Program-made: the position numbers and the translations under genes
NCBI GenBank assembly: GCA_016181765.1
Contig: JACOYR010000001.1
Location: 93,062 to 157,061 of the forward strand
Direction: 5' to 3'
Origin: Parcubacteria group bacterium
GTDB lineage: Bacteria; Patescibacteriota; Patescibacteriia; UBA2169
DNA: 64,000 nucleotides
Notes under the pieces: model-generated
What the model saw: only the letters and a program-made list of their open reading frames with translations
Told to the model about the DNA's origin: nothing
Database searches by the model: none
In this document: positions 17,122-27,336 of the stretch, in pieces
Position numbering within the stretch: position 1 is the stretch's first letter
How the letters are laid out: the number at the start of each line of letters is the position of its first letter

Positions 17122-19200
17122 CTATGTTCCAACATTCACCCCCCCCTTATAACCATCTTCAAAAACTTTGAACACGGAATCCTGCGCAAAGTCAACGCCG
17201 AACTTGCTGAACACCCGTACCTCGGTAGCCCTGCCCCGGCCTGACCCCGCGATAATCTCTGCCGTAGCATCCGCATCCACATTTCCGACCGCGAGGTTGG
17301 TGCCGCCCCGGAACGAAGGCTCAAATGCGAAGAACTGGGTTTCCACGTCTCCGTTTGATGAGAACACGCGCACCTGGGGCCCTCCCCCGAACCCGGCCGC
17401 GGTGACCACTTCAAGCGCCCCGTCCCCATCCACATCCCCCACCGCAACATTGAGGCCTCCGCGGAAGAACTTGGGATACGCGAGCCATGATGCCTCCTGC
17501 ACTCCCATCTTATCAAAAATCTGGACCAGCGGCAACGAGCCGCCTCCGGTACCTGTAATAACCTCAACTTCGCCGTCTTTGTCAATATCAGCCGCTTGCA
17601 CCGTAACCCCGCCGACCAAGCCGTCTGCTGTAACTTTGAATGACCATTTGATTGCGCCGCCTTTGTCAACGATTTTAACCTCGCTTGAGAGCCCGGAGCC
17701 GGCTGATGCCACAATCTCGTCAATTCCGTCTTTGTCAAAATCAGCCACTGCCACGTGCACGCCCCCGCGGAAATGCGAATCATACGCAAAGAACTGGCCC
17801 TCCACTTCCCCGCGAGTATTGAATATGCGCACTTGCGGCCCGCCTCCACCCCCTGCTCCGGTGATGATTTCCAGCTCCCCGTCTCCGTCCACGTCCCCGG
17901 AAACAACTTCAGCGCCGCCTCGGAAAAACGCGGGGTAGGCGCGCCACGAAAATGCCCCTTCTCCGCCCGGCCCGGACATACGCACGTCAACGGTGCGGTT
18001 CTGGCCGGATGAGGCAAGAATGCGCTTCGGCGCTTGCGAAATTGCTGAACGCGCCGGTGATGCGGTCCGCTTTGAGCCGTCCCCCGCTGTTTCAGCGGCT
18101 TTCTTGACTGCTGCAGCCGCGTTCAAAAGCCCGGCGCCGAGCTGGCCGCCATAGATGCCGTTGGCACGATCTATGTTTATCGCGGTCTCGCGGACAATGG
18201 AAATAACTTGGCTGTTGGAGAGCGTTGGGTTTATTGACTTCATTAAGCCCGCAACTCCAGACGCAATAGGTGCGGCGACTGACGTGCCCTGCCAGCCTCC
18301 GCGGTACCGGTTCTCAAAATCTTTGCCTAAAGCCGGGTCATAGAGCTGGGGCCCGGCAATGCCGTCCCCCGGCGTGTTGATGTCAATGCACGAAAACCCG
18401 TAATTGGAAAAATCGGACTTAGCGTTGTTGCTGCCGAGAGACCCCACGCCCAGGACGCGGTTTGCGCCTCCGTCCAAACACACCGGGTACAAAGGCCTGA
18501 AATCCAGGTCCCCTGCAATAAACCCACTGTCCGCGTCATTGCCCACTGCCGCAACCAGGATCACGCCCGCCTCGTACGCCCGAGCCACAGCATCGGAGAG
18601 GGCCGCGTCCGTGAGCGCTCCCACAAAGCTCATGTTGATGATGTCAGCCCCGTTTGCCACGGCATAATCAATGGCTTTCGCAATGTGCGCGGTGTCGCCC
18701 TCGCCGTTTGAGTCCAGGGCGCGCAAAGCCATGATCTTGCAGGTCCAGCACACCCCGGCCAAGCCGATCCCGTTGTTGGTGGCAGCAGCCGCGACCCCAG
18801 CCACGGTGGTGCCATGGTTTGCCCCGCCGAACGTATAGCCATTCCCAAACTTCGGGTGCGGATCAGAAACCTCATCCAAAAAATCCCAGCCGTTCAAATC
18901 ATCAACATAGCCGTTCTGGTCGTCATCAATGCCGTTGAGGGGTTTTTCCCCTCGGTTGAACCACATGTTTCCGATGAGGTCAGGGTGATCTGTGTCCGTG
19001 CCCGCGTCAATCACCGCAATAATGACGCCGCGCGACCCAGTAGTCAAATCCCAGGCTCCGGGAAGCTGTATCTGGTTAAAATCCGCTGCCTGTTCCTCGG
19101 CATAGAACGGGTCATTGGGCGCCACAGCCGCGAACGCAAAAACCGGCGCGAGCAGGCCCGCAATAGAAGCAAGGAGCAGTTGTGGCGCTCGCTTCCGCAT
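17122..19200 (-). CDS. Secreted subtilisin-like serine peptidase (S8) with four C-terminal FG-GAP/VCBS-type repeats
   Basis: Signal peptide (MRKRAPQLLLASIAGLLAPVFAFAA). S8 triad motifs VIDAGTD, HGTTVAGV and GTSVAAP. Four tandem repeats of roughly FFRGG..VAVGDVDGDG.EV.TGAG.GGGPQVR.F. Confidence 0.85.
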   Translation of the reverse strand: MRKRAPQLLLASIAGLLAPVFAFAAVAPNDPFYAEEQAADFNQIQLPGAWDLTTGSRGVIIAVIDAGTDTDHPDLIGNMWFNRGEKPLNGIDDDQNGYVDDLNGWDFLDEVSDPHPKFGNGYTFGGANHGTTVAGVAAAATNNGIGLAGVCWTCKIMALRALDSNGEGDTAHIAKAIDYAVANGADIINMSFVGALTDAALSDAVARAYEAGVILVAAVGNDADSGFIAGDLDFRPLYPVCLDGGANRVLGVGSLGSNNAKSDFSNYGFSCIDINTPGDGIAGPQLYDPALGKDFENRYRGGWQGTSVAAPIASGVAGLMKSINPTLSNSQVISIVRETAINIDRANGIYGGQLGAGLLNAAAAVKKAAETAGDGSKRTASPARSAISQAPKRILASSGQNRTVDVRMSGPGGEGAFSWRAYPAFFRGGAEVVSGDVDGDGELEIITGAGGGGGPQVRIFNTRGEVEGQFFAYDSHFRGGVHVAVADFDKDGIDEIVASAGSGLSSEVKIVDKGGAIKWSFKVTADGLVGGVTVQAADIDKDGEVEVITGTGGGSLPLVQIFDKMGVQEASWLAYPKFFRGGLNVAVGDVDGDGALEVVTAAGFGGGPQVRVFSSNGDVETQFFAFEPSFRGGTNLAVGNVDADATAEIIAGSGRGRATEVRVFSKFGVDFAQDSVFKVFEDGYKGGVNVGT

Positions 19201-19202
19201 AG

Positions 19203-19874
19203 TTACTCTCCAACGCCCAGCGCGCGCCCGAGCCGCTCAACGTGCGCGGCCGCATCTTTATTGTCCGGCTCCGCAACACTCACCTCGCTCCAGTACACCC
19301 ATGCCTGCCGAATGTCGCCGCGGTCTTCCAAAAATTGCGCGTACTCTGCCCAGATTTCAGGGCTTGCGGTGTAGTCGCTCGCGGCCCGAAAAATGTTCTC
19401 AAGCTCGTCCGATCTCCCTGGGAAATGGCGCTTGTAGAGCGTAATCAGCGCTTGGAACGGCTTGGGGTCGCGCGGCTCAAGCTGGGTTGCGGCGCGGAGC
19501 GCGCTGTTCGCATCCTCAAAACGCTCCATGTCGCCGTATAATATACCGAGGTGCATGTAGACGATATAATCGCGGCTGTTGATTTTGAGCGCTGATTTGA
19601 ATGCCCGTTCCGCAGCCGAAAGCCGCCCGAGCTTTTGTTCCAGGATGCCCATGGAAATGCGAGCATCAACGTCTTGGGAATTTTCAAGTGATTTTTGGCG
19701 CACGCTTGCAAGTTCAGCCTCAAGCTCTTCGCGGTATTCGTCCGTAATGTTGGGCAGAACCACAACATCCGGCTTTAGCTTTTGGTATGCTCCAAACCCG
19801 GCTCCCCCCACGAGCGCCAATGCCCCAAACGCGCCCAGAGCGAGTATGATTTTTTCTTTCTTCTTAAGCCGCAT
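19203..19874 (-). CDS. Membrane-anchored TPR-repeat protein
   Basis: N-terminal transmembrane anchor followed by TPR-like helical repeats. Confidence 0.6.
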   Translation of the reverse strand: MRLKKKEKIILALGAFGALALVGGAGFGAYQKLKPDVVVLPNITDEYREELEAELASVRQKSLENSQDVDARISMGILEQKLGRLSAAERAFKSALKINSRDYIVYMHLGILYGDMERFEDANSALRAATQLEPRDPKPFQALITLYKRHFPGRSDELENIFRAASDYTASPEIWAEYAQFLEDRGDIRQAWVYWSEVSVAEPDNKDAAAHVERLGRALGVGE

Positions 19875-19879
19875 GCCCG

Positions 19880-22207
19880 TTACTCACTGATAAAATCAGC
19901 GGCCCCGCTTTTCACTTTTTGCACAAAATCATCAACCTGGCCTTTGAGCGATGGATCAGCGGCTACCACGTCCTCTGTCGCAACAATGGCTTCCTCGGTT
20001 CTTCCCATCTGCGCGAGAGTCGCCGCAACTTTTGCGTATGCATTGCCGCTTCCAGTATCTTTCGCGACTTTTTGGTAAAGCCGGAGCAGGCGCTCCCAAT
20101 CGCCCTGCCCTGCAAGCGCGGAAGCGACCGGCTGGGCTTCGCTCTCGCTCCGAAACGTGTAGCCCGCGGAAAGGGCTGCGTCCGCGCTTGCAATGCCGGG
20201 CCCATACTCGCCTGCCTGCAGGTACGCGAACGCCAATAACCAATGGGTTATCCCGTTGTCCGGATTAATCTCTGTGGTCGCAACAAGTGTGCTAATTCCC
20301 TTTTCTCGGTCGCCCATAATCAAGTAGGTGTTCGCGAGCGAGTGGAACACCTGCTGCCGCGCGCTCCCGAGTTCTGCCGCCTCCGTAAGGATGCGTTCGG
20401 CTTTCTGCAGGACGCGTCGCGAGGCTTGCGCATCCTGCTGTTGCCGCAGTACCTCGCCGTACACGTTTAACGTGTTCCCGTAGGAGAGCAAAAGCCTCAC
20501 GTCCTTGGGATTGCGCTCAATAATCTGGTCAAGCGCATCCATAAGAAACGAGTACCCGCGCTGTAGTTCCGCAACCGTCAGTTCCCCGGAAAGAGCGCGT
20601 TGGCCTAGGTACTGCGAGAGCTTGATGCCCACTTCGCGGCTGTCAAAACCGGAAAGTTCAAAAATTGTTTTGTAGCTTTCCATGGTTTTTGAAAAGGGCT
20701 GGGCCTGCGCGTACGCAAGGTTCGTAAGCAACAGCCGGTTGTGGGTGACGAGCTTGATGTTGCCCGCGTATGCGACCGGCGCCATGAGCCCGAGCGCTAC
20801 CAGCCCGCCAACCCACCAGTGCCGCTCCGGAATGCGGGGAAGGAATTCGCGCGCCTGGTCAAGAGTTCCGGAAAGCAAGCGCCCAAGCGCGCCTCCCGCG
20901 TCCCCGGCTTTGCCAGTGCGCGCCACAATGTAGCCAACGAGCGCCGTAAGCATTACGTACGAGCTGACCGTATCAAACACAAATAAATTCTGGATGAAGT
21001 AGCCGGCCAGAAACGCCAGAATAACGAGCGCTTCCATGCGGTGTTCTAGCTCGCGTACGCCCATCCGGTACAAGCTGTATGCGAGCGCAATCCCCACCCC
21101 AAGGTACGCAAGCAACCCGAAAATGCCCATGGTCACCGCAACCTCAAGCACCATATTGTGCGCCCGATCCCACCAGGTCTCATCCCCTACAAGCCCGTAA
21201 AACGCGGGGTCAAAATACTGGTTAAACACCACGTCAAATTTTTGCGGTCCCACGCCCAACCAGAAGTTGTCCTTAAACCCGGCCACAGCCCCGCGCCAGG
21301 AAACCAAACGCGTCTGGATGGTTGAGTCAGCCAGGTCAATCCTAAAGAGCCGGCCGAAGTTCTGGGTCACGAGTGCGCTCTTGCCCACCAAGCCATAGAG
21401 CAAGGCGAGCGCCACAACGAACGCGAAAAATCCCTGCCCCACCCTGCGTTTTATGCGCGCGGTAGTGCCCCACAGGAGCGTGCCTAGGAAAAATATAATA
21501 ACCGAAGCAATAAAGCCGAGAAACGCGCCCCGCACTCCAGTTAAAAGGTACGCGCTAAAAATTAAAACCAATGCAGCTCCGGCCGAGCCGCGCCACCACA
21601 TGCCGATTGAGCGCTCAATGATTATGATCAGCGCAAAGGTAATGTTAAACAAAAGGTATACCGCGAGGAATGCGGGATTTGCAATGGTGCCGGTAATACG
21701 GCCGAGGTCAGTTTCATAAATAGTCAAGGGCCCAAACGTTGCAACCCCGGCGCGCTGCAGGAACCCATAGCCCGATATCAAGCTTGCCGCGGCAATGGAC
21801 CAAGAGAGTAGCACGAGCCAGTCCCTGCGGCTCCGCAGTACGCTTGGAGCGATAACAATCACAGCCCAGTAGTGCAGCCAGCTGAAGATGCCATCCATGC
21901 GCTCGTAGTTGCCCCAAAAACTGTAACTGAAGTTCTCGCCCGCAAGCGAAGTCAAAAGCACCAAGGCCGCGAACACAACCAGCGCCGCATACGCCACATG
22001 GTAGCGCGGCCGGAACGCCGGTGACAAGATTGCCAGCGCAACATATGCAACCACTGCGACCTCAATCAAAAGCCGAAAGTACACGGCTTTCGGAAAAATG
22101 GCCGGAAAAAAGTAATCAGCCGAAAGCAAAAGCGGCGCCAAAACCGCAAGGCACAAACACGCCTTAATAATCCGTGCCAATACTCGCTCAATGGTTGCCT
22201 GGTGCAT
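19880..22207 (-). CDS. O-antigen ligase/polymerase-family membrane protein (Wzy_C-like) fused to C-terminal TPR repeats
   Basis: The 775 aa ORF has about 11 transmembrane helices with a periplasmic-loop region, then about 300 aa of TPR repeats. The exact start is uncertain. Confidence 0.7.
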   Translation of the reverse strand: MHQATIERVLARIIKACLCLAVLAPLLLSADYFFPAIFPKAVYFRLLIEVAVVAYVALAILSPAFRPRYHVAYAALVVFAALVLLTSLAGENFSYSFWGNYERMDGIFSWLHYWAVIVIAPSVLRSRRDWLVLLSWSIAAASLISGYGFLQRAGVATFGPLTIYETDLGRITGTIANPAFLAVYLLFNITFALIIIIERSIGMWWRGSAGAALVLIFSAYLLTGVRGAFLGFIASVIIFFLGTLLWGTTARIKRRVGQGFFAFVVALALLYGLVGKSALVTQNFGRLFRIDLADSTIQTRLVSWRGAVAGFKDNFWLGVGPQKFDVVFNQYFDPAFYGLVGDETWWDRAHNMVLEVAVTMGIFGLLAYLGVGIALAYSLYRMGVRELEHRMEALVILAFLAGYFIQNLFVFDTVSSYVMLTALVGYIVARTGKAGDAGGALGRLLSGTLDQAREFLPRIPERHWWVGGLVALGLMAPVAYAGNIKLVTHNRLLLTNLAYAQAQPFSKTMESYKTIFELSGFDSREVGIKLSQYLGQRALSGELTVAELQRGYSFLMDALDQIIERNPKDVRLLLSYGNTLNVYGEVLRQQQDAQASRRVLQKAERILTEAAELGSARQQVFHSLANTYLIMGDREKGISTLVATTEINPDNGITHWLLAFAYLQAGEYGPGIASADAALSAGYTFRSESEAQPVASALAGQGDWERLLRLYQKVAKDTGSGNAYAKVAATLAQMGRTEEAIVATEDVVAADPSLKGQVDDFVQKVKSGAADFISE

Positions 22208-22299
22208 TGCTTAATTGTACCCAATCCGCGGCCCCTATGCAAATGGGGTACCTTGATTTTTGCACGGCGCTGTGGTATAGTCCATTACTTGATTATTGT

Positions 22300-24081
22300 A
22301 TGAATTTCGTCAACGCCATGCCAAATAAGGAAAAACGGCTCAAGCGCCTCCGCATTGCCATGTTCGTGGTTGGCACAGCGCTCGCGGTTGCCGTGGGAGC
22401 CGCCGCAAAACAAGCCTTACAGCCAAGCAAGGCATCTGACGCGCCAGCCATATCAGAGCTTAAAACCATACAGGTCAAAACCATTTCAGTCGGCGACCAG
22501 GCCTCGGGGGAGATTGTTTCCACGGCTGGCGTGGTAACCGCAAAGACTAAAATTGATGTGTCAGCGCTTGCCGGAGGCACGGTGCAGGAACTGCTCTTTA
22601 GTGTGGGCGACAGCGTTTCCCCGAACCAACTGCTTGCGACTTTGTACGACGGCAGCACGCTTACCAGCTACCAGACTACCAGCGCAAACTACCAAAACGT
22701 GGCGCAGTCCGTTGCCGCAGCCAAGCAATCCGCCCAAGAAGCGGTAAGGCTGGCCCAGATTTCTGTTGAACAGGCGAACCAGTCCGTTGCAAGCGCGGAA
22801 ACAAGCTTGGCGAGCGCCGAGGAAAGCTACCAAGCCACCCTGCCCATCCACGAGCAGCAGTTAAAAAAAACCATCCAGGATGCCCTGGTTTCGTACCACA
22901 CGAACCTTGCAGGCGTGCAGGCAAGCTTGGATGACATCAACTACATCATACGGGCCGAGGGAACGGGCCAATTGGAAGATATTTCACCCACGCTCTCCAT
23001 AAACGACCCCGCGTCCCTGGTTCGTGCGCGCGAAAGCTGGAAAACCGCAAAAGCGGGCTATAACAGCCAGATTCTCCGAGAAACTTCCGAGGAAAACATC
23101 AAAGAGCGGCTCGCGGAGCTCGCGGGCGTACTCGGGCAAACGCTCGCAGCCGCCAATGACGCGGTCGCGGTATTGCAGTACACGGCTCCGAATTTCCTGT
23201 TTACGGAAAGCGAGCTGAAGGCCGAGCAAACCGCAATGGTCAGCTTAAAGACGGGCGTGGCCCAGAACAGAGCATTGGTCACGATCAGCCTTGACGCAAT
23301 TGGCGCTATAAAAACCAGCCAGCAAAAAGAGCAAACCGCGCTCCAAAACGCCGCCAAAACCGCGGAAAACCAGCTGGAGGCCAGCCGCATTGCCCGCGAC
23401 TCCGCCGAAGCCCAGCTTTCAAGCGCCCGTGCGGGCTACGACCGCGAGCTTGCGGGCGCCCAAACGTCGCTCAATAGCGCGTCTGGAAGCCGCAACCTGG
23501 CGTCCCAGGCAGTTGCGGATTTGTCCGTGCGCTCGCCCATCAGCGGCACGGCCACGGCGCGCTACGTTGAAATCGGGACCAAAGTCGCGCCCGGCCAAAA
23601 AATCGCCGAAGTGTCGCAAACTGATTTGGCCGCCATTGAAGTAGGGCTCTCCCTTGAACTGGCCAAGCGCGTCCGGATCGGGGACGCCGCGGTGATAGAG
23701 GGAACCTTCTATGGAGTCATAAGCCGCATTGATCCAACCGCAGACTCGTTCAGCCGGAAAATCAATATGGAAATCGCCTTTGACAACACTAACAAGGACC
23801 TCATTCCGGAAACGTTCGTCAACGTTGAAATTCCGCTCGCCCCCGCAAACAAAGAAACCAACGAAAGCGTCCTTGTTCCGCTCAAAGCGGTTTCCATTGC
23901 CCCAGCCGAGCGGTACGTGTTTGTCGTGCAAGAGGGAAAAGCGAAAAAAGTCCTCGTTGAAACCGGGGCAACCGCAGGCCTTGACATTGAAATCACGAGG
24001 GGGCTCGCACGGGGAGACGAGCTGATTGTTGAAGGGAACCGCGGGCTCCGGGACGGGCAAGAGGTGTATGCTGACCAATAA
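22300..24081 (+). CDS. Efflux transporter periplasmic adaptor (membrane fusion protein, HlyD/RND-adaptor family)
   Basis: Transmembrane anchor, a lipoyl-like hairpin region, a long coiled-coil and a C-terminal beta-barrel. The start could be 22300 or 22318. The stop overlaps the RND pump start. Confidence 0.7.
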   Translation: MNFVNAMPNKEKRLKRLRIAMFVVGTALAVAVGAAAKQALQPSKASDAPAISELKTIQVKTISVGDQASGEIVSTAGVVTAKTKIDVSALAGGTVQELLFSVGDSVSPNQLLATLYDGSTLTSYQTTSANYQNVAQSVAAAKQSAQEAVRLAQISVEQANQSVASAETSLASAEESYQATLPIHEQQLKKTIQDALVSYHTNLAGVQASLDDINYIIRAEGTGQLEDISPTLSINDPASLVRARESWKTAKAGYNSQILRETSEENIKERLAELAGVLGQTLAAANDAVAVLQYTAPNFLFTESELKAEQTAMVSLKTGVAQNRALVTISLDAIGAIKTSQQKEQTALQNAAKTAENQLEASRIARDSAEAQLSSARAGYDRELAGAQTSLNSASGSRNLASQAVADLSVRSPISGTATARYVEIGTKVAPGQKIAEVSQTDLAAIEVGLSLELAKRVRIGDAAVIEGTFYGVISRIDPTADSFSRKINMEIAFDNTNKDLIPETFVNVEIPLAPANKETNESVLVPLKAVSIAPAERYVFVVQEGKAKKVLVETGATAGLDIEITRGLARGDELIVEGNRGLRDGQEVYADQ

Positions 24082-27000
24082 CCACCGCAACAAAGCAGAG
24101 CGCGAAGCGAGGTCGCTATTCGGATTTTTCATTGCCAAATTCCGGCTCACCTACCTCATTCTTGGGGCAATCATCCTTCTGGGCTCGTTCTCGCTCTTCA
24201 CCCTGCCGCGCGAAGCTGACCCGGAAGTCCAAATTCCTTTTGCCGTCGTGAGCGCCGTATACCCGGGTGCCACACCCCAGGATGTGGAAGCCCTCGTCAC
24301 GGACAAACTGGAAGACAAAATAGCAACCCTGGAGCAGGTGCGCAGGTTCACCTCAAGCTCAAACACGGGCATCTCCTCCATCTTTGTTGAGTACGAGGCC
24401 GAAGCAGACCTCGCGGAAAGCATCCGCAAGCTTGAGGACGCGGTGAGCGAGGCCGCGCCGTCCCTGCCCTCGGACGCCCTTGACCCCGTGGTCACCGAGA
24501 TACGCGCCAATGACTTCCCGATCGTCACCTACAGCCTGGTGGGCGGCTATAGCGGCCAGGAACTAAAAGATTTCGCCGAAACCCTGCAGGCCGCATTTGA
24601 AAACATCAGAGGAGTTTCCAAGGTTCCGATTCTCGGGGGAACCGCGCGCGAATTCCAAATCATCGCGGATCCCGCGCGGCTTGCGAACTTCGGCATCTCC
24701 TTGGGCCAGGTGGCTGGAGCAATCGGAAGGGCCAATATAAACGTTCCCGCGGGCAGCATTGATATTGACGGCTTCTCCTATAACGTCCGCGTGCAGGGCT
24801 CTTTCCAGGCCGCCGAAGAGCTCGCGGGCGTGGTCATCGCAACCGCGCAAAACACTCCGGTGTATGTTTCAGACGTTGCCCGGATTTTGGATACCACGGC
24901 GTCCAAGCGAACCGAATCCCGCATCGGTTTTCCGGGCCAGGAACCCCAGAACACCATCTCGCTCCAAATTTTCAAGCGGACCGGCGGCAACATTTTGGAC
25001 ATTGTTGATGAATCCAAGGAGGCCGTGGAAACCCTGCAGGCGAACCAATCGCTCCCCAACGGGCTGCATGTTGAAAAAACCAACGACAACGCGGTCTTCA
25101 TCAGGGACGATCTCGCAACGCTCGGAACAAACGGCATCCAAACCATGCTCCTGATTTTCATTCTGCTCGCCCTGGTCATCGGGTTCCGTGAAGCCGTGAT
25201 CACTGGGCTTTCGGTCCCCATTGCGTTCCTCGCGGCGTTTATCGCGCTCCAGATCCAGGGCATGACCTTGAACGGCATCGTGCTCTTTGCATTGGTGCTC
25301 TCGCTCGGGCTTATGGTTGACAACTCAATCGTCATCATTGAGGGCATCAACGAGTTTATGGAAAAACACGGCATGAATTCCCGGGACGCGGCCTTGGCGA
25401 GCATTGCGGCCTACAAGTGGCCCATTGTATCCGGAACCCTCACCACGGTTGCCGCGTTTTTGCCCATGCTCCTCGTTTCCGGCATTGTGGGAGACTACCT
25501 CTCCTACATGCCGAAAACAATTACCTGGACCCTGCTCGCCTCCCTGTTCGTGGCGCTCGTGATCCTGCCGACCATTATCTCCCGCGCCCTCAAGAACGGC
25601 ACGAAAAAAATACAGGCCGAAACTCGCCGAGGCATTGTGCATAGGCTCATTGAGAGCAACAAAGAGCCCTACGCCCGGCTCCTTGTAGGCATCCTGCCGA
25701 GCAAGAAAAAGCGGCGCGCCATACTCGCGGCTGTGTGGGTGCTCTTTATGGTAAGCCTTGCCCTGCCTATTTCCGGGCTCATGAAAATAGAAATGTTCCC
25801 CCGGATCAACTTGGACTACTTCGTCATCAACGTGGAACTCCCGGAGGGCAGCGTGCTCGCCTCAACGGACCGCATCACGCAAGCGGCGGAACGCGTCGTC
25901 GCCCGCATTCCGGAACTCAAGAACTACGTCACCAACCTCGGCACCTCGGCTTCGCTTGGCCTTACGGATGCGTTCTCATCAGGAGGCGGAGACTCCGGCA
26001 ACCGCGCAACCATCACGGTCAACCTTGTTGATAAAGGCGAGCGCGAGCGCACGAGTTTTGCAGTCGCGGATGCGGTCCGCAAAGAGCTTGAAGCAATCCA
26101 GGGCGGGACGGTCCGCGTGCAGGAATTGTCCGCAGGGCCCCCCACGGGCGCGCCCATTGAAATGCGCATCATCGGCAACGACAGCGAGGCGCTCGCCGAG
26201 GCGGCGCGCGATATCACTGCGGCGCTTGAAAGTATCCCGGGCGCTATCAATGTGGAGACGAGCATCAGCGAATCCCCGGCTGAATTTACCTACACCATAG
26301 ACAAGCAAAAAGCCAACTACTACGGCCTGGATATCGCGGCCGTGGCCGCCTCCGCGCGCACGGCCATTTTTGGGGCCACCGCGTCCACAGCAACCATTGC
26401 CGGGGAAGACGTTGACATTATGGTCAAGTATGATGATGCGGCGTTTGGCACCAGTTCAAGCCTGGAGCACATCATCCTGGAAACGCCGTCCGGAGCCGCC
26501 ATTCCCCTCTCCTCGGTGGCGCGCCTTTCGCTTGAGCCCGCTTCCGCATCCATCAGCCACCGCAATGGCGACAAAGTCATAACCGTGCGCGCGGAGGCAG
26601 CTGAGGGAGCGAGCGTGCCGGGCATTCTTGACGCCTTCAACCAGGCGCGCGAGGGCAGTGCCCTGCCCGAGGGCATAAGCCTTGAAATCGGCGGGGAAGT
26701 GGAGGATATCCAGCAGTCGTTTACGGAAATGTTCTACTCCATGATCCTTGCGGTGCTCTTGATCCTCATCATTCTGGTGCTGCAGTTCAATTCGTTCCGC
26801 CAGCCGTTCATCATCATGTTCACCCTGCCCTTGGCCATGATCGGCGTTATCGCGGGCTTGATGGCAACGCGCCAGCCATTTTCGTTTCCCGTATTCATTG
26901 GCCTGGTCTCGCTCGCCGGCATCGCGGTCAACGACGCCATTGTGCTGATTGATAAAATCAACAGCAACATCGCGGAAGGCAAAGAATTCCTGGATGCGAT

Positions 27001-27226
27001 CATTGATGCCGGCACCTCCCGCGTCCAACCCATACTCTTAACGACCTTCACCACGGTGGCGGGCATTTTTCCGCTCATCTGGTCCAGCGAGCTCTGGCGC
27101 GGCTTGAGTATTACCATTGTGTTCGGCCTCCTGTCCGCGACATTCCTGACCCTCGTCATCATTCCGGTCTTGTATGCGGGATTCGGCCGCAAAGAAGCGC
27201 TGGCGCGCCAACTCGGCGAACACTAA
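24068..27226 (+). CDS. RND-superfamily efflux permease (AcrB-like, 12 transmembrane segments)
   Basis: About 1050 aa with the typical two-large-loop architecture and conserved RND transmembrane motifs (GLMVDNSIVIIE; AVNDAIVLIDK). A GAGG ribosome-binding site precedes the ATG at 24068. Confidence 0.85.
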   Translation: MLTNNHRNKAEREARSLFGFFIAKFRLTYLILGAIILLGSFSLFTLPREADPEVQIPFAVVSAVYPGATPQDVEALVTDKLEDKIATLEQVRRFTSSSNTGISSIFVEYEAEADLAESIRKLEDAVSEAAPSLPSDALDPVVTEIRANDFPIVTYSLVGGYSGQELKDFAETLQAAFENIRGVSKVPILGGTAREFQIIADPARLANFGISLGQVAGAIGRANINVPAGSIDIDGFSYNVRVQGSFQAAEELAGVVIATAQNTPVYVSDVARILDTTASKRTESRIGFPGQEPQNTISLQIFKRTGGNILDIVDESKEAVETLQANQSLPNGLHVEKTNDNAVFIRDDLATLGTNGIQTMLLIFILLALVIGFREAVITGLSVPIAFLAAFIALQIQGMTLNGIVLFALVLSLGLMVDNSIVIIEGINEFMEKHGMNSRDAALASIAAYKWPIVSGTLTTVAAFLPMLLVSGIVGDYLSYMPKTITWTLLASLFVALVILPTIISRALKNGTKKIQAETRRGIVHRLIESNKEPYARLLVGILPSKKKRRAILAAVWVLFMVSLALPISGLMKIEMFPRINLDYFVINVELPEGSVLASTDRITQAAERVVARIPELKNYVTNLGTSASLGLTDAFSSGGGDSGNRATITVNLVDKGERERTSFAVADAVRKELEAIQGGTVRVQELSAGPPTGAPIEMRIIGNDSEALAEAARDITAALESIPGAINVETSISESPAEFTYTIDKQKANYYGLDIAAVAASARTAIFGATASTATIAGEDVDIMVKYDDAAFGTSSSLEHIILETPSGAAIPLSSVARLSLEPASASISHRNGDKVITVRAEAAEGASVPGILDAFNQAREGSALPEGISLEIGGEVEDIQQSFTEMFYSMILAVLLILIILVLQFNSFRQPFIIMFTLPLAMIGVIAGLMATRQPFSFPVFIGLVSLAGIAVNDAIVLIDKINSNIAEGKEFLDAIIDAGTSRVQPILLTTFTTVAGIFPLIWSSELWRGLSITIVFGLLSATFLTLVIIPVLYAGFGRKEALARQLGEH

Positions 27227-27280
27227 AACGATTGTCATTGCGAGGAGGCGTACTCGCCGACAAAACAATCTTACCAATCA

Positions 27281-27314
27281 AAAACAGCCTGCCGAATCGG
27301 CGGGCTGTTTTTAT
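27281..27314. terminator. Bidirectional intrinsic terminator
   Basis: AAAAACAGCCTGCCGAATCGGCGGGCTGTTTTTAT gives a GC-rich stem flanked by an A-run and a T-run. It lies between the convergent RND gene and the secreted-protein gene. Confidence 0.7.
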
Positions 27315-27336
27315 AACATCAAACTATACTTTCTGG

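Noticed and set aside
17136-18017. A 293 aa minus-strand ORF and a 256 aa plus-strand ORF overlapping the S8 peptidase gene
   Set aside because: They are alternate-frame shadows of the peptidase's Gly/Asp-rich FG-GAP region. They have Arg/Pro/Ser-rich low-complexity translations and no start context.
24151-27192. Multiple 100-200 aa ORFs antisense to or out of frame within the RND permease
   Set aside because: They are fully nested in a 1050 aa gene that has clear family motifs. Their composition is biased and shadow-like.
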